Notes: a model not told the origin generated them from the sequence alone. Counted from the first letter of the stretch, positions 44,826-54,572 are shown. The stretch is 64,000 nt of DNA from an uncultured delta proteobacterium (GCA_963712115.1 CAVQGX010000012.1:10839-74838); one strand, 5' to 3'. Made by a program: numbers and translations.

Positions 44826-45042
44826 TTCCCGGTAAGCACCATGTAAGGTGGTAATTCCCTTCCAATATGTTACCTTTATTTCCCAATTACTAAATTGCGG
44901 TTTTCAGCTTTAAATTCAATAAATATTCGAAATTATATATAAATTTTTATTATTGCCCTTTGGCATGATCTTTGTTTAACAAGGCCTCATCAGTCATTTC
45001 CACTATTGTTTTAGCCGCAGAGGAATAGTGCTAGAGAGGCTT

Positions 45043-46032
45043 ATGAAAACAAACAAAGCAAGAAGGCTTTCAGTGCGTGTTCCGGCCATAGGATGGGAAG
45101 CTTGCATATCGAATGAAAGATTGGAAAAAACCACAGCGAAAATTAGCAACGTTAGCGCGGACGGGGCTTACCTCATAACTAAAGAACAATATGAGCCTGA
45201 GTCAAGGGTCACTCTGTCGATTAAGTCGCCCTTAATCTGCTTTTCCGTCACCGGATTGGTAGTTCGTAAAGATCCCTTCGGCCTGGCGGTTCGTTTCCTC
45301 GATCACAGTGAATCTACCAGAAGTTCGCTGTTGAGCATTATCTCTGAATTTCTAGCAGAAAAAAGGTCAAAACTATCATTGATAGGGGAGACTCCAGTAT
45401 GTCGTGAGAGTCAACCGAGGCGAAATTTTGATTTAGAGCAAGAATGTTTTTACAGCAGTGCACTGTTGGACACTGCACCGTGCAACGAAAACTCAAGTTT
45501 GGCAGAGAGCAATAGCAATAGGACAAAGGACGGCAGGCTTATGATTAGCCTAGCTCAGACTGAAAGCAAGGAATCATTGAAGGTATTCTTAAGTGACAGC
45601 GGAAAAACTACAGTAAAGTGCCCTTTCTGCGCAAAGTGCCATCACACCAATGTCCCTAAACATTTTCACAACAAACCGGTTCGGGGAAAATGTAACTGTG
45701 GGGAGTCTTTTTCTGTTCTTTTCGACAGTCGCAAATATTACCGCAAAGAGGTGCGGTTACCTGGGGAGTACTGGAACACCTTTGGCGAGAAGTATCTGAT
45801 GACTGTGACAACGCTATCTTTTACCGGTGCGGGGTTCGAAGCAGGACGGCTAAATCTTTCTATAAACTCCGGCGAAACTATCCGCTTAAACTTTTTGCTC
45901 AAAAACCACGATAAGATCTGGATTAGATCAAGTGCTCTGGTCAGACGAGTTAATGGTAATCAGATAGGTGTTGATTTCATGGGGATGGATGAGCACCAAC
46001 AAAAGTGTCTTGGATTTTATCTGATGCCATGA
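45043..46032 (+). CDS. Tandem PilZ protein with central Zn-ribbon
   Basis: 'RRLSVR...NVSADG'; 'CPFC...C.C'; 'RKYYR...LSFTG'. Variant sigma54-like site TGGCATGATCTTTGTT near 44961. Confidence 0.8.
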   Translation: MKTNKARRLSVRVPAIGWEACISNERLEKTTAKISNVSADGAYLITKEQYEPESRVTLSIKSPLICFSVTGLVVRKDPFGLAVRFLDHSESTRSSLLSIISEFLAEKRSKLSLIGETPVCRESQPRRNFDLEQECFYSSALLDTAPCNENSSLAESNSNRTKDGRLMISLAQTESKESLKVFLSDSGKTTVKCPFCAKCHHTNVPKHFHNKPVRGKCNCGESFSVLFDSRKYYRKEVRLPGEYWNTFGEKYLMTVTTLSFTGAGFEAGRLNLSINSGETIRLNFLLKNHDKIWIRSSALVRRVNGNQIGVDFMGMDEHQQKCLGFYLMP

Positions 46033-46047
46033 GAGGGTAGGGGTTAA

Positions 46048-46380
46048 AAGGCAGCAGACAGCTAGAAGACAGAGGTCGGAGGTCAGAGGGCGGATTTGAC
46101 TCCTCCTTGTTCTCCTAGTTGACAGACCGACGTAGATGGGAATTTCAAATTACAAATCACAAATAACAAACAAATCACAATCACCCAAATTCAAAATTCC
46201 AAACCTTTACATCCTTCTTAAGAAAAAAAATCCAAACATGTTTGGGTCATTAAGTATTGGAATTTGGTATTTATTTGTAATTTGATGCTTGAGATTTGGG
46301 ATTTTTTGGCTGATCGTCGATTGCTGAAAGCTAATCTCCACCGGCTCAACAGGCTAACGGGCTCAACTGACTAACTAGCT
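46048..46380. repeat. Mosaic including a long imperfect inverted heptamer array (46141-46285)
   Basis: (caaatNN)n arm, short spacer, (NNatttg)n arm. Confidence 0.85.
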
Positions 46381-46421
46381 TAATCCTGTCAAATCCTGAA
46401 ATAAATCCAGCCAACTGCAAG

Positions 46422-46468
46422 AAAAATCCATCCAATTGACCTAATTTGTCAAACTTCCATGGTAGGTT
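46422..46468 (+). promoter_or_regulatory. Conserved promoter motif copy 3 (TGAC-N7-GTCA; TGTCAA-N10-TAGGTT)
   Basis: Motif and downstream leader are homologous to 19431-19545. Confidence 0.65.
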
Positions 46469-46583
46469 GACATCAGTTAGCAAAGATAGGTGATTTTAGA
46501 GCTTGCACGGCAACTCTAGTCGAAACCACTTTTGGAGTAATGGAGTGGTGGTTCCAAGTAGACGGGTAGAAAGGAAATGAAAG

Positions 46584-46910
46584 ATGATGAAGGTAATCAC
46601 CGTAATCTTATTCGTATCAATGCTGTCTTTGTCAGCTTTTGCTGGAGAGACGGTGCGGGTGTATGACAACAAATATCAGCTCAAGTATATCTATGATGTG
46701 GAGAAAGGGCGGGTATACGACACAAGGTATCAGCTGCAGTACATAGTCGAGGACAACCGTGTGTACGACTATAAATATCAGCCCAAGTACATTTATGATG
46801 CTGAGAAGGGACGAATTTACGACTACGGCTACAACTTGCAGTACACGATCCAGGGTGACCGTGTGTATGATATAAGATATTATCCGTTATATTACCTTGA
46901 AAGAAAGTAG
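46584..46910 (+). CDS. Secreted Tyr-rich five-repeat beta-hairpin protein
   Basis: Signal ending 'SAFA'; five 'R(V/I)YDxxYxxxYxx' repeats. Confidence 0.75.
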   Translation: MMKVITVILFVSMLSLSAFAGETVRVYDNKYQLKYIYDVEKGRVYDTRYQLQYIVEDNRVYDYKYQPKYIYDAEKGRIYDYGYNLQYTIQGDRVYDIRYYPLYYLERK

Positions 46911-46998
46911 GGCTTAAGGTGAAAAGCTCAGGGTTCTTGCTCCTCGTGGGGGTAGGTATCCTGGCCTTCTCGGTTGGGCTGTTGAAATAAAGGATAAG

Positions 46999-47379
46999 AT
47001 GGCGGAATTGAGCAACACTCAGATTGAAGCCCTGCTTCAGAGCTATCTCGAACAAATCTTGGAACAGGATGAAAGAGAGAGGGCTCTGGAGCGAAAAAGT
47101 TGGAAAGGGAAGGTAGAGTTGGGTGAGCATGTTGATGCTATGGCCTATTTACAACATGACTGTCGCAGGGAACTGGCCATAGGCAACTATAGCCGGGGGG
47201 CCGGTGCTGTCGATCGCTTGCTGAAAGAAAAAGGAATAGAGTTGGATCGAGACGGTGTCAGCTATAAGAAGCTGTGCAGTGGTATGATGAAGCTTATGAT
47301 AAATCATCTGGAAATCGACATTAGGCGCACCCGACTTGACTATTCTCTGGACAACCTGCCATTTCCCGAGCTCTTATGA
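46999..47379 (+). pseudogene. Possible N-terminal remnant of a tyrosine integrase
   Basis: 'LLKEKGIELDRDGVSYKKLC..MMK..I...EI...R...DY' resembles, from memory, the helical region of DUF6538-type integrases; no catalytic domain follows. Confidence 0.4.
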
Positions 47380-47636
47380 AAGGTGAAGTCCTTTAAAAAC
47401 CTGTGATGTTTTCTTAACCTCTTCCAGAGCGGAACGAGATTTGAATCTCCCCAAGGGTCCCGCTGTACATCATCTTTTATCTTGCCAGCTTGATCTACAT
47501 TTCCTATTCTATAACTTATATGTTCTGTCATAGTACCGTCCGCGCTTTCTTGTTGTTCGATGCTCCCTAAGCGCTGAGGTCTTCCCATACAGGCTCCGAT
47601 TCGATACCGGAAAGAAGAGCAGTAATCCCGAAAAAG

Positions 47637-49472
47637 ATGCAAAACACCGATAAGACTAAAGAGCAGCTGATTCAGGAGATAGAGAAATTGCGGCAGAGGA
47701 TTGCCGAATTAGAGGTCTCGCAAGAACACCGTAAGCAGGCTGAGAAAGCACTGAGAGAGAGTGAAGAACTGTTTCGCATGGTGGCTGATTTTACCTATGA
47801 CTGGGAGTATTGGCTCTCTCCGGATGGCAAATACGTTTATGTATCGCCGGCTTGCCAGCGCATTACCGGTTACTCGGTCAATGAATTCCACAGGGATCCA
47901 AAATTTCTAAGCACAATAATACATCCAGAAGACCGCGACACAGTTTGTAGACACATGGAAGACAGTTTGGAAAGTGACAAGGTGCTACATATTGACTTTC
48001 GCATAATTAACCGGAGCGGTGAAGAGCGTTGGATCAGTCACATTTGCCAGCCGGTTTACGGCAAGGATGAGCGCTATCTGGGAAGACGGGCCAGCAACCG
48101 CGACATCACCAGGCGCAAACAGCTGGAAGAGGAGTTAAGGAGGGCTAATAGATCCCTGAAGATGCTGAGTGCCTGCAACCATGCTCTGATTCATGCCGAG
48201 AACGAGGCGAGCCTACTAAATAGTGTATGCCAGATCATCGTGGAGGAAGGTGGATACAAGCTGGCATGGGTTGGATTCAAAGAAAAAGACAAAAAGAAAA
48301 CCGTGCGTCCGGTGGCGCAGGCAGGATATGAGGAGGGCTATCTCGAGAGCCTGCACATAACCTGGGCTAATCGTGAACGGGGTCGCGGTCCTACGGGTAG
48401 GGCTATACGTAGTGGTGAACCGACCATTGCCAAGGATATTCTGAATGATCCCAGTTTTGCTCCCTGGAGAGCTGAAGCACTAAAACGTGGCTATGCCTCA
48501 TCCGTTGCCCTCCCTCTGGCGATCCGGGGGGAAACATTTGGGGCCTTGAACATATACGGTTCGGAGGCAGATGCCTTTGATACGGAAGAGGTCAATCTTC
48601 TCCGAGAACTGGCCGGCGATCTGTCTTTTGGAATAAATGCCCTAAGAGCGCGGGTCGAGCAAGAAAGAGCGGAGGCGGCTCTGCGAAGGGCCCATAGGGA
48701 GTTGGAAAGGAGAGTTAAAGAGCGTACACGGGAACTTGTGGAGGCCAACGAGAGGCTCAAATACGAGATAGAAGAGCGCAGGAGGCTAGAGAAGATCCTT
48801 ACCCAGAAAGAGAAACTCGAGACTCTGGGAGCCATTGCAGCTGAGGTGGCCCACGAGATTCGCAATCCCCTAGTCTCTATCGGCGGTTTTGCCAGGCGTC
48901 TGATACTAAAATTCCCGGATCTAAATGAATGCGAGATTATCCTTCGCGAAGCGGAACGGTTGGAGAGGATTCTGTCCCGCATAGGGGATTACTTAAAACC
49001 GGTGGAAGTGCGCTTTCAGGAGTGTTCAATTAATAGTATTGTCGGCGAGTGTAAAGATCTTCTGTCTACTGAATTAGAAAGAAGGAAAGTGATCTGCCGA
49101 TTAGATCTTGATCCAGAACTTTCAGAGGCTCGCGCGGACCCGGATATATTGAAGCAGGTCTTTATCAACTTGATTCGTAACGCGGCGGAGTCCATGGACA
49201 AGGGGGGCAATATAGTTATAAAGACCTGGGAAACGGAGCAAGATATTCTCATAGAGTTTGGTAACCAAGCGCCAGGACTTCGGGTCAAACATCCCGAACA
49301 GCTCTTTATGCCTTTTGCTGACGAAGGTGAAAGTATCGGACTGCCGCTCTCTTATCGCTTGCTCAAAGACATGGGCGGTCTTCTTTCTTTTTCACAGGCT
49401 AAGGACTGCATAGTCTTCACAGTAACTCTACCCAAAAATCTTCTTATCCAGCATCCGGGGGAAACCAGCTAG
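47637..49472 (+). CDS. PAS-GAF sensor histidine kinase
   Basis: PAS 'YVSPAC..ITGY...IHPED'; GAF 'GRGPTGRAIR'; H-box 'AHEIRNPL'; N-box 'QVFINLIRNA'. Confidence 0.92.
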   Translation: MQNTDKTKEQLIQEIEKLRQRIAELEVSQEHRKQAEKALRESEELFRMVADFTYDWEYWLSPDGKYVYVSPACQRITGYSVNEFHRDPKFLSTIIHPEDRDTVCRHMEDSLESDKVLHIDFRIINRSGEERWISHICQPVYGKDERYLGRRASNRDITRRKQLEEELRRANRSLKMLSACNHALIHAENEASLLNSVCQIIVEEGGYKLAWVGFKEKDKKKTVRPVAQAGYEEGYLESLHITWANRERGRGPTGRAIRSGEPTIAKDILNDPSFAPWRAEALKRGYASSVALPLAIRGETFGALNIYGSEADAFDTEEVNLLRELAGDLSFGINALRARVEQERAEAALRRAHRELERRVKERTRELVEANERLKYEIEERRRLEKILTQKEKLETLGAIAAEVAHEIRNPLVSIGGFARRLILKFPDLNECEIILREAERLERILSRIGDYLKPVEVRFQECSINSIVGECKDLLSTELERRKVICRLDLDPELSEARADPDILKQVFINLIRNAAESMDKGGNIVIKTWETEQDILIEFGNQAPGLRVKHPEQLFMPFADEGESIGLPLSYRLLKDMGGLLSFSQAKDCIVFTVTLPKNLLIQHPGETS

Positions 49473-49473
49473 A

Positions 49474-49790
49474 GCCCTTCGACCCTTCGACGGGCTCATG
49501 GCAAGCTGGCAGCTAGCGTTGCGCTGTCATTCGCCTTCGGCGTCATTAGGTCAGTACGCTTCGCTGTCATTTGTTGTAAGAGGTAGGTGTCGGGATTCAG
49601 AGGGCAGGCAGCCAGAAGACAGAAGTTAGAATCCAGAATTCAGGTTTCAGCCTTTGTTTCTTCTTACTGACACCTGAAACCTGACACCTGCGTCCTCAAC
49701 ATTGACACCTGACACCCTGAGATTTGTTGCTTTGGATTTGTCCTTCGGACTGCCACCCTTCGGGCGGGTTCCCGGTTTTGGATCGCGGAG
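49474..49790 (+). repeat. Intergenic mosaic of short-repeat modules
   Basis: REP-like 'cccttcgacgggctcatggcaag', gtcatt block, cagaa heptamers, caggtttcag/ctgacacctg inverted pair. Confidence 0.85.
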
Positions 49791-50177
49791 CTACGAGGCG
49801 GGTCCATCCTCACTGCCAAGCCAGTTGTTTGCTTCCTCCAGGTTGGTGAAAACCTTTATCTCAAAAGGAAGAGACATCGTATCTGTGATTAGTTGGTACA
49901 TCTTGGCCAGTCCGAAGGACTTGCCCTTTTGAGCCACAAAAGCTGTCTTGCCACCTCTCCGGGTAGAGAGGTTGAGGGAGCTTACGGAGCGTGCAAGATT
50001 CCATATCTCTTCATCGGTCAACCGTACATTTCCCTTGCGGAAGTCCCATAAAGCATGGAGTGTGATCTCACCTGCATAGAAGGTGCGGATGGCAGTAGCG
50101 AACTCACGGGCGGTTACTTTTCCACTTACGGTGAAAGTAGTGAGTTTCCTCGATCTATCAACCTGTGACTCGATCAT
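49791..50177 (-). CDS. SpoIIAA/STAS-like small alpha/beta protein
   Basis: 'LWDFR', 'KTAFV....FGLAKMY', 'VF..LEEA..WL'. Confidence 0.7.
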   Translation of the reverse strand: MIESQVDRSRKLTTFTVSGKVTAREFATAIRTFYAGEITLHALWDFRKGNVRLTDEEIWNLARSVSSLNLSTRRGGKTAFVAQKGKSFGLAKMYQLITDTMSLPFEIKVFTNLEEANNWLGSEDGPAS

Positions 50178-50255
50178 AAATTAATTCTAGCAACTTTGTG
50201 AAGATGATGAAAGGGGTACGTTGTTGTTTTGTTGCGTAATTGGGAAAGATTTTGT

Positions 50256-50378
50256 AGGATTTTGGATGTGAGATGTCGGATTTCGAATTTCGAATTGACT
50301 CAAAGCTTAATCGAGCTGCTTGCTGCGAGCTGTCTGCTGCCTGCTGATAAGACCCGTTAAACAGGCAGAGGGCAAGGA
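50256..50378 (+). repeat. Intergenic mosaic of short-repeat modules
   Basis: gatgtg/gatttcg/gaatttc and gctgctt modules. Confidence 0.75.
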
Positions 50379-50408
50379 GTCTTCAGGGCGTTGATTTGAA
50401 AATCGGGG

Positions 50409-50834
50409 GTGATGTCAGTGATGTATAAGACAGTGGACCAGGGAGGAGACCGACATGTAATAATCGATGGAGAATCCCGTGTGGATGAGATGAGGGTCAC
50501 CCCTAATTTAGCCAACGATCAATTCAAAATTGAGCTGCTCATAGCAGATGATTGTCCAATTAGGACAAGTTGCGTTCGCATTGAAGAGGGAGTCAACTCG
50601 ATTTGTAATCATTTGGGTTATGACAGTGTGGATCTCAAAGAATTGCTCTGTCAATATGGGGCGTCATCAAAGACTCGAGTTGTCAATGAATTATGGGTTG
50701 AGGGATGCCCGTTGGGAAAAAACTGTGCTAAATGCAAAGATCTTAGAAGCATAAGCATACCTCCATCGTTCCAACCGGAAAAATCCCACGCCTATATTAC
50801 CTGTAAAACAAGGCATAGAAAAAAAGGGAGTTGA
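50409..50834 (+). CDS. Hypothetical Cys-containing protein
   Basis: 141-aa ORF; start uncertain. Confidence 0.5.
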   Translation: MMSVMYKTVDQGGDRHVIIDGESRVDEMRVTPNLANDQFKIELLIADDCPIRTSCVRIEEGVNSICNHLGYDSVDLKELLCQYGASSKTRVVNELWVEGCPLGKNCAKCKDLRSISIPPSFQPEKSHAYITCKTRHRKKGS

Positions 50835-50877
50835 GCACCTACTGATTTGCTTGAGTGAGACTGTCGGAGAATAAAGC

Positions 50878-53379
50878 ATGAAAAGAAAACTGCGAGGACT
50901 CAAGCGTAGGGAAACTCAACTGGACCTCAGCCTTTACCGGGTTGACGTGCCCATTGGGGGATTGTCCGGCATGAAACTGAGCGTCGTGGATCTCTGGCCG
51001 GAGCGGGCCGAGAAGACTATTGTGTTCGTACACGGCTACGCCGGCTGCGCCGAGACATGGGAATATCAGATTAACCATTTTGCCCGTGATTATCGTGTTA
51101 TTGCACCCGACCTCCGAGGCCACGGTCAGAGTGATGCCCCTTTCAGCGAATACACTATGTCTGAGTTTGTCGATGACATCAACAACATTGCGGCAGTGCT
51201 CGAGCTACCGAAGAAGTTCGTTCTGGTCGGTCATTCCTTCGGCGGCTCCATCTGCGTTGAATACGCCCATGCACACCCGCAAAGTTTGGAAAAATTGGTT
51301 CTCATTGCTACTGCCGGCGAATACCCCCTGCCGCGTGGAGCCTCCCTTCTGTCTCACGTGCCGACAGCTGTTTTTCGGCCGTGGTGGAAGTACCGCCCGC
51401 GCTGGAATGCCGAGATCCACGTGATGAAACGCATGATGTTAAACAATATGCGCAAGTGGCAGGGTTGGTCGCTGCTAAAGAATATCCAAACGGACACTCT
51501 GATTATTACGGGCGAGCGTGACCGCTACTTTCCTCGCCGAGTTTTTGATGAGGTGAGCAAGATGATGCCGGCAGCTGAAGTCATTGACGTTGGCGTCTCA
51601 AAGCACAAGGTCCAACTCGAGCGCCACAGGGCGGTCAACCGTGCCATTGAGCGCTTCATTTCTAAAGGTATTGAGGGACGTCGCATATCCTGGCGCGAGC
51701 AATCCGGTCAACCGAAGCTGGAGGAGAGTCGCCCCTGGCTCAATAGTTACGGTACATACACGCCTCATACAATTCCTATCCCCCGCCAGCCGTTGCCCAG
51801 ATTCCTCGAAGCAGCGGCGGACAATGTACCGAGGAGAGCAGCGACTATATTCTACGGGGGCAAGCTGACCTACCAGCAACTCGAATGGCAAGTCAACCAG
51901 TTCGGTCATGCCCTGCATGGGCTCGGTGTTCAGCCTAAAGATAGGGTCATGGTGGTGTTACCCAACATGCCGCAGATGATTGTCGCCTACTACGCAACGC
52001 TCAAGGTCGGCGGTGTGGTGGTGCTGCCCAACCCTGACGCTGACGGGCCGGGTATCGTCAGGCAGATCAAAGAGACCGGTGCGAAGGTACTGGTTACCCT
52101 GAGAGAGTTCGGCAGTTTGGCGAGGAGAGTGCAAGAGCAGATCCCAATCACTGTTGTTTTCGCCGACTTGAGCAGCGCTGTTTCGACAGGTATCCACAAG
52201 CAACTACTGGCCCGGTGGAAAGCTGCTGGGCTGGGTGAACAGGAGATGGTCGACGGGGATTACGGTGGACACCTAATGGGTGAACTGACAATGGATGCCC
52301 CGCGGACGCCGCCAGAGATAGAAGTTTCCACCGAGGATCTGGCCGCCATTCTCTATACCAGTGGAACCACTGACGAGCCCAAGGGAGTTTGCCTGAGCCA
52401 CGGAAATCTGGTGGCCAATGCACTCCAGACCCGCCACTGGATTCCCGATCTACATTACGGCCAGGAGACCTTTCTTTCGGTTATTCCACTGACGCACAGC
52501 TACGGGATGAGCACCGCGATGAATATCCCCATTGCTATGGGCGCGACCATTCTGTTGCTCCCAGTTTTCGAACTGGAGCAGGTACTGGAGCACATCAAGC
52601 AATATAAGCCGACTATTCTTCCCGGTGTCCCTTCCATATATATGGCCATCAATCAAGCACCGGATGTCTACGGTTATGGCCTGTCATCCATAAAGGCATG
52701 CGTCAGCGGTGCGGCTCCCCTACCTGTGGAGGTGCAAGAGGCATTTGAGAAGCTCACCAAGGGCCGTTTGGTTGAAGGTTATGGCTTGACAGAAGCCTCC
52801 CCGGTAACACACGTCAATCCCCTTGAGGGACTAAGAAAGGTGGGCTCCATAGGCGTTCCCATCCCTAACACGGACGCCAAAATCGTGGACCTGGTGACTA
52901 GGGAGGATCTCCCCGCCGGGAAGATCGGCGAGTTGGTGGTCAAAGGGCCTCAGGTCATGCAGGGTTACTGGAACCCCACCGACGAGGAAGATGGTGAGTC
53001 AGTTGTACAAGATGGCTGGCTGTTCACCGGCGACGTGGCCGTGATGGACCCTGACGGTTTTGCCCAAATCATCAGCCGAAAGCGAGATACCATCCTGGCC
53101 GGTGATTACAGCGTCTATCCACGGGACGTGGAAGAGGTGCTCTACGAGAACAGCAAAGTCATGGAGGTTGCCGTGGTTGGTGTTCCCAGGGGGGCGAAAG
53201 GACAAAAAGTCAAAGCATTTGTGGTGCCGCGCCCCGGTACTGATCTTTCCAAGGAGGAGTTGTTGGACCTTTGCCGAAAGCGCCTCGAGGAATACTCTGT
53301 ACCGTGGGATATAGAGTTCCGCGAGGAACTGCCAAAGTCCTTTGTGGGGAAGGTATTGCGGCGCTTGTTGGTGGAGTGA
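50878..53379 (+). CDS. Alpha/beta-hydrolase fused to long-chain acyl-CoA synthetase
   Basis: 'VFVHG', 'DLRGHG.S', 'GHSFG'; 'YTSGTTDEPKG', 'EGYGLTE', 'WLFTGD', 'LPKSFVGKVLRR'. Confidence 0.92.
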   Translation: MKRKLRGLKRRETQLDLSLYRVDVPIGGLSGMKLSVVDLWPERAEKTIVFVHGYAGCAETWEYQINHFARDYRVIAPDLRGHGQSDAPFSEYTMSEFVDDINNIAAVLELPKKFVLVGHSFGGSICVEYAHAHPQSLEKLVLIATAGEYPLPRGASLLSHVPTAVFRPWWKYRPRWNAEIHVMKRMMLNNMRKWQGWSLLKNIQTDTLIITGERDRYFPRRVFDEVSKMMPAAEVIDVGVSKHKVQLERHRAVNRAIERFISKGIEGRRISWREQSGQPKLEESRPWLNSYGTYTPHTIPIPRQPLPRFLEAAADNVPRRAATIFYGGKLTYQQLEWQVNQFGHALHGLGVQPKDRVMVVLPNMPQMIVAYYATLKVGGVVVLPNPDADGPGIVRQIKETGAKVLVTLREFGSLARRVQEQIPITVVFADLSSAVSTGIHKQLLARWKAAGLGEQEMVDGDYGGHLMGELTMDAPRTPPEIEVSTEDLAAILYTSGTTDEPKGVCLSHGNLVANALQTRHWIPDLHYGQETFLSVIPLTHSYGMSTAMNIPIAMGATILLLPVFELEQVLEHIKQYKPTILPGVPSIYMAINQAPDVYGYGLSSIKACVSGAAPLPVEVQEAFEKLTKGRLVEGYGLTEASPVTHVNPLEGLRKVGSIGVPIPNTDAKIVDLVTREDLPAGKIGELVVKGPQVMQGYWNPTDEEDGESVVQDGWLFTGDVAVMDPDGFAQIISRKRDTILAGDYSVYPRDVEEVLYENSKVMEVAVVGVPRGAKGQKVKAFVVPRPGTDLSKEELLDLCRKRLEEYSVPWDIEFREELPKSFVGKVLRRLLVE

Positions 53380-53402
53380 GTAATGAAGAGAGTCAGAGTC
53401 AG

Positions 53403-53684
53403 ATGGAAACGATTCGACAGCAGATGATTGCTCTATTAGTCGACAAAGAGATGGATGCCAGGGAACTCTCCCAGACCATGGGGATCCGTGAGAAAGAGGT
53501 TTATGAACACCTACCTCATATTGCCCGCTCTGTAGCAGCGCAGAAGAAGAAGCTCACAATTCAACCTGTCAGGTGTCTGGCATGTGGATACATTTTTAAG
53601 GACCGAAAGCGTTTCACCCCCCCAGGCCGCTGCCCACGTTGTAAAAATTCCCACCTTGACCAGCCGAAATATAGGATCTCTTAA
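53403..53684 (+). CDS. Small HTH + Zn-ribbon transcriptional regulator
   Basis: 'TIRQ.....L......ARELS...GI.EKEVYEHL.HI', 'C..CG..F..R......RCP.C'. Confidence 0.8.
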   Translation: METIRQQMIALLVDKEMDARELSQTMGIREKEVYEHLPHIARSVAAQKKKLTIQPVRCLACGYIFKDRKRFTPPGRCPRCKNSHLDQPKYRIS

Positions 53685-53705
53685 AAAGCAGAAATCTTAA
53701 GCTGA

Positions 53706-53755
53706 GCCCCTTGGCCACAGGGCGAGCCCCATTTGTGGTCAGGGGGGTTTCTTTA
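53706..53755 (+). terminator. Intrinsic terminator
   Basis: ccccttggccaca...tgtggtcagggg followed by a T-rich tract. Confidence 0.6.
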
Positions 53756-53758
53756 TTA

Positions 53759-53774
53759 TGGCATAAATCCTGCA
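53759..53774 (+). promoter_or_regulatory. sigma54 promoter
   Basis: TGGCATAAATCCTGCA, GG-N10-GC. Confidence 0.6.
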
Positions 53775-53794
53775 ATGTTATGACAATCGAGGTG

Positions 53795-53978
53795 TAGCCA
53801 GGATGTTTCATGAATTGGTGTCACGAGACCACGAAGATGGGCGTGCCACCGGGCAACCGCAGGGTGTGGGTCCCGAGGCGTACCTGAATGGTACGTCGCA
53901 GGGTCCGACACCCGAGGACGCACGGAAGGATGGCCATATCCGTGGTCGTAGTAAGCGATTCATGAAACATCCGGGCTA
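53795..53978 (-). mobile_element. 184-bp MITE copy 2 (inverted relative to copy 1)
   Basis: TA-gccaggatgtttcatgaat ... attcatgaaacatccgggc-TA; interior is a reverse-complement homolog of 26906-27089. Confidence 0.88.
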
Positions 53979-54028
53979 GATTGCCCCTGCCTTAGGGTGG
54001 TGGCAACCTTGTGAGGGGGAGGCAAAGG

Positions 54029-54418
54029 ATGTTCAAAAAACATGTCCGCATATTCACTAAACCAAAGCCGAAATGGCCGATTTCCGCACAAGTTGGCGGT
54101 AGAGTAATCCACGGAGAAGCCAAAGACATCAGTCCTTTCGGGGCTTTTATCCGCTGCAGGAAGCCGCTTAGCCTGAATGAAATCTTTGACATGGTCGTTG
54201 ATACTCCAGATAAGTCTCTGAATATTCAAGCTGAGGTGGTGTGGTCTAACATTTACGGCCCTGATGATAACATTACACCCCGGGGAATGGGTGTTAGGTT
54301 TGTGAAAATCTCCCATGAAGACCGCAAACTCATTGAGAAAGAACTCGGCCAGTATGAATTAGGAAAAGAGGCAAGTGATTTTCTGGATACCCTGGAAATT
54401 GAGTTGGGCATAGATTAG
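54029..54418 (+). CDS. PilZ-domain protein (RxxxR motif not evident)
   Basis: 'DISPFGAFI', 'AEVVWSN', 'GMGVRF'. Confidence 0.82.
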   Translation: MFKKHVRIFTKPKPKWPISAQVGGRVIHGEAKDISPFGAFIRCRKPLSLNEIFDMVVDTPDKSLNIQAEVVWSNIYGPDDNITPRGMGVRFVKISHEDRKLIEKELGQYELGKEASDFLDTLEIELGID

Positions 54419-54572
54419 CGCTTAACCTGCCGCTGTCACAAAGAAAATTTCCCCCCAGTCAAAACAGTTTGCCCTTCGCTGCATCTTAAAATTTTTTTAG
54501 GCTTATCCTGCCAAATTGGTTCAAGCATTTACAATCACTACTGAATTTATTTCACTCAATCCATCCCTGCCC

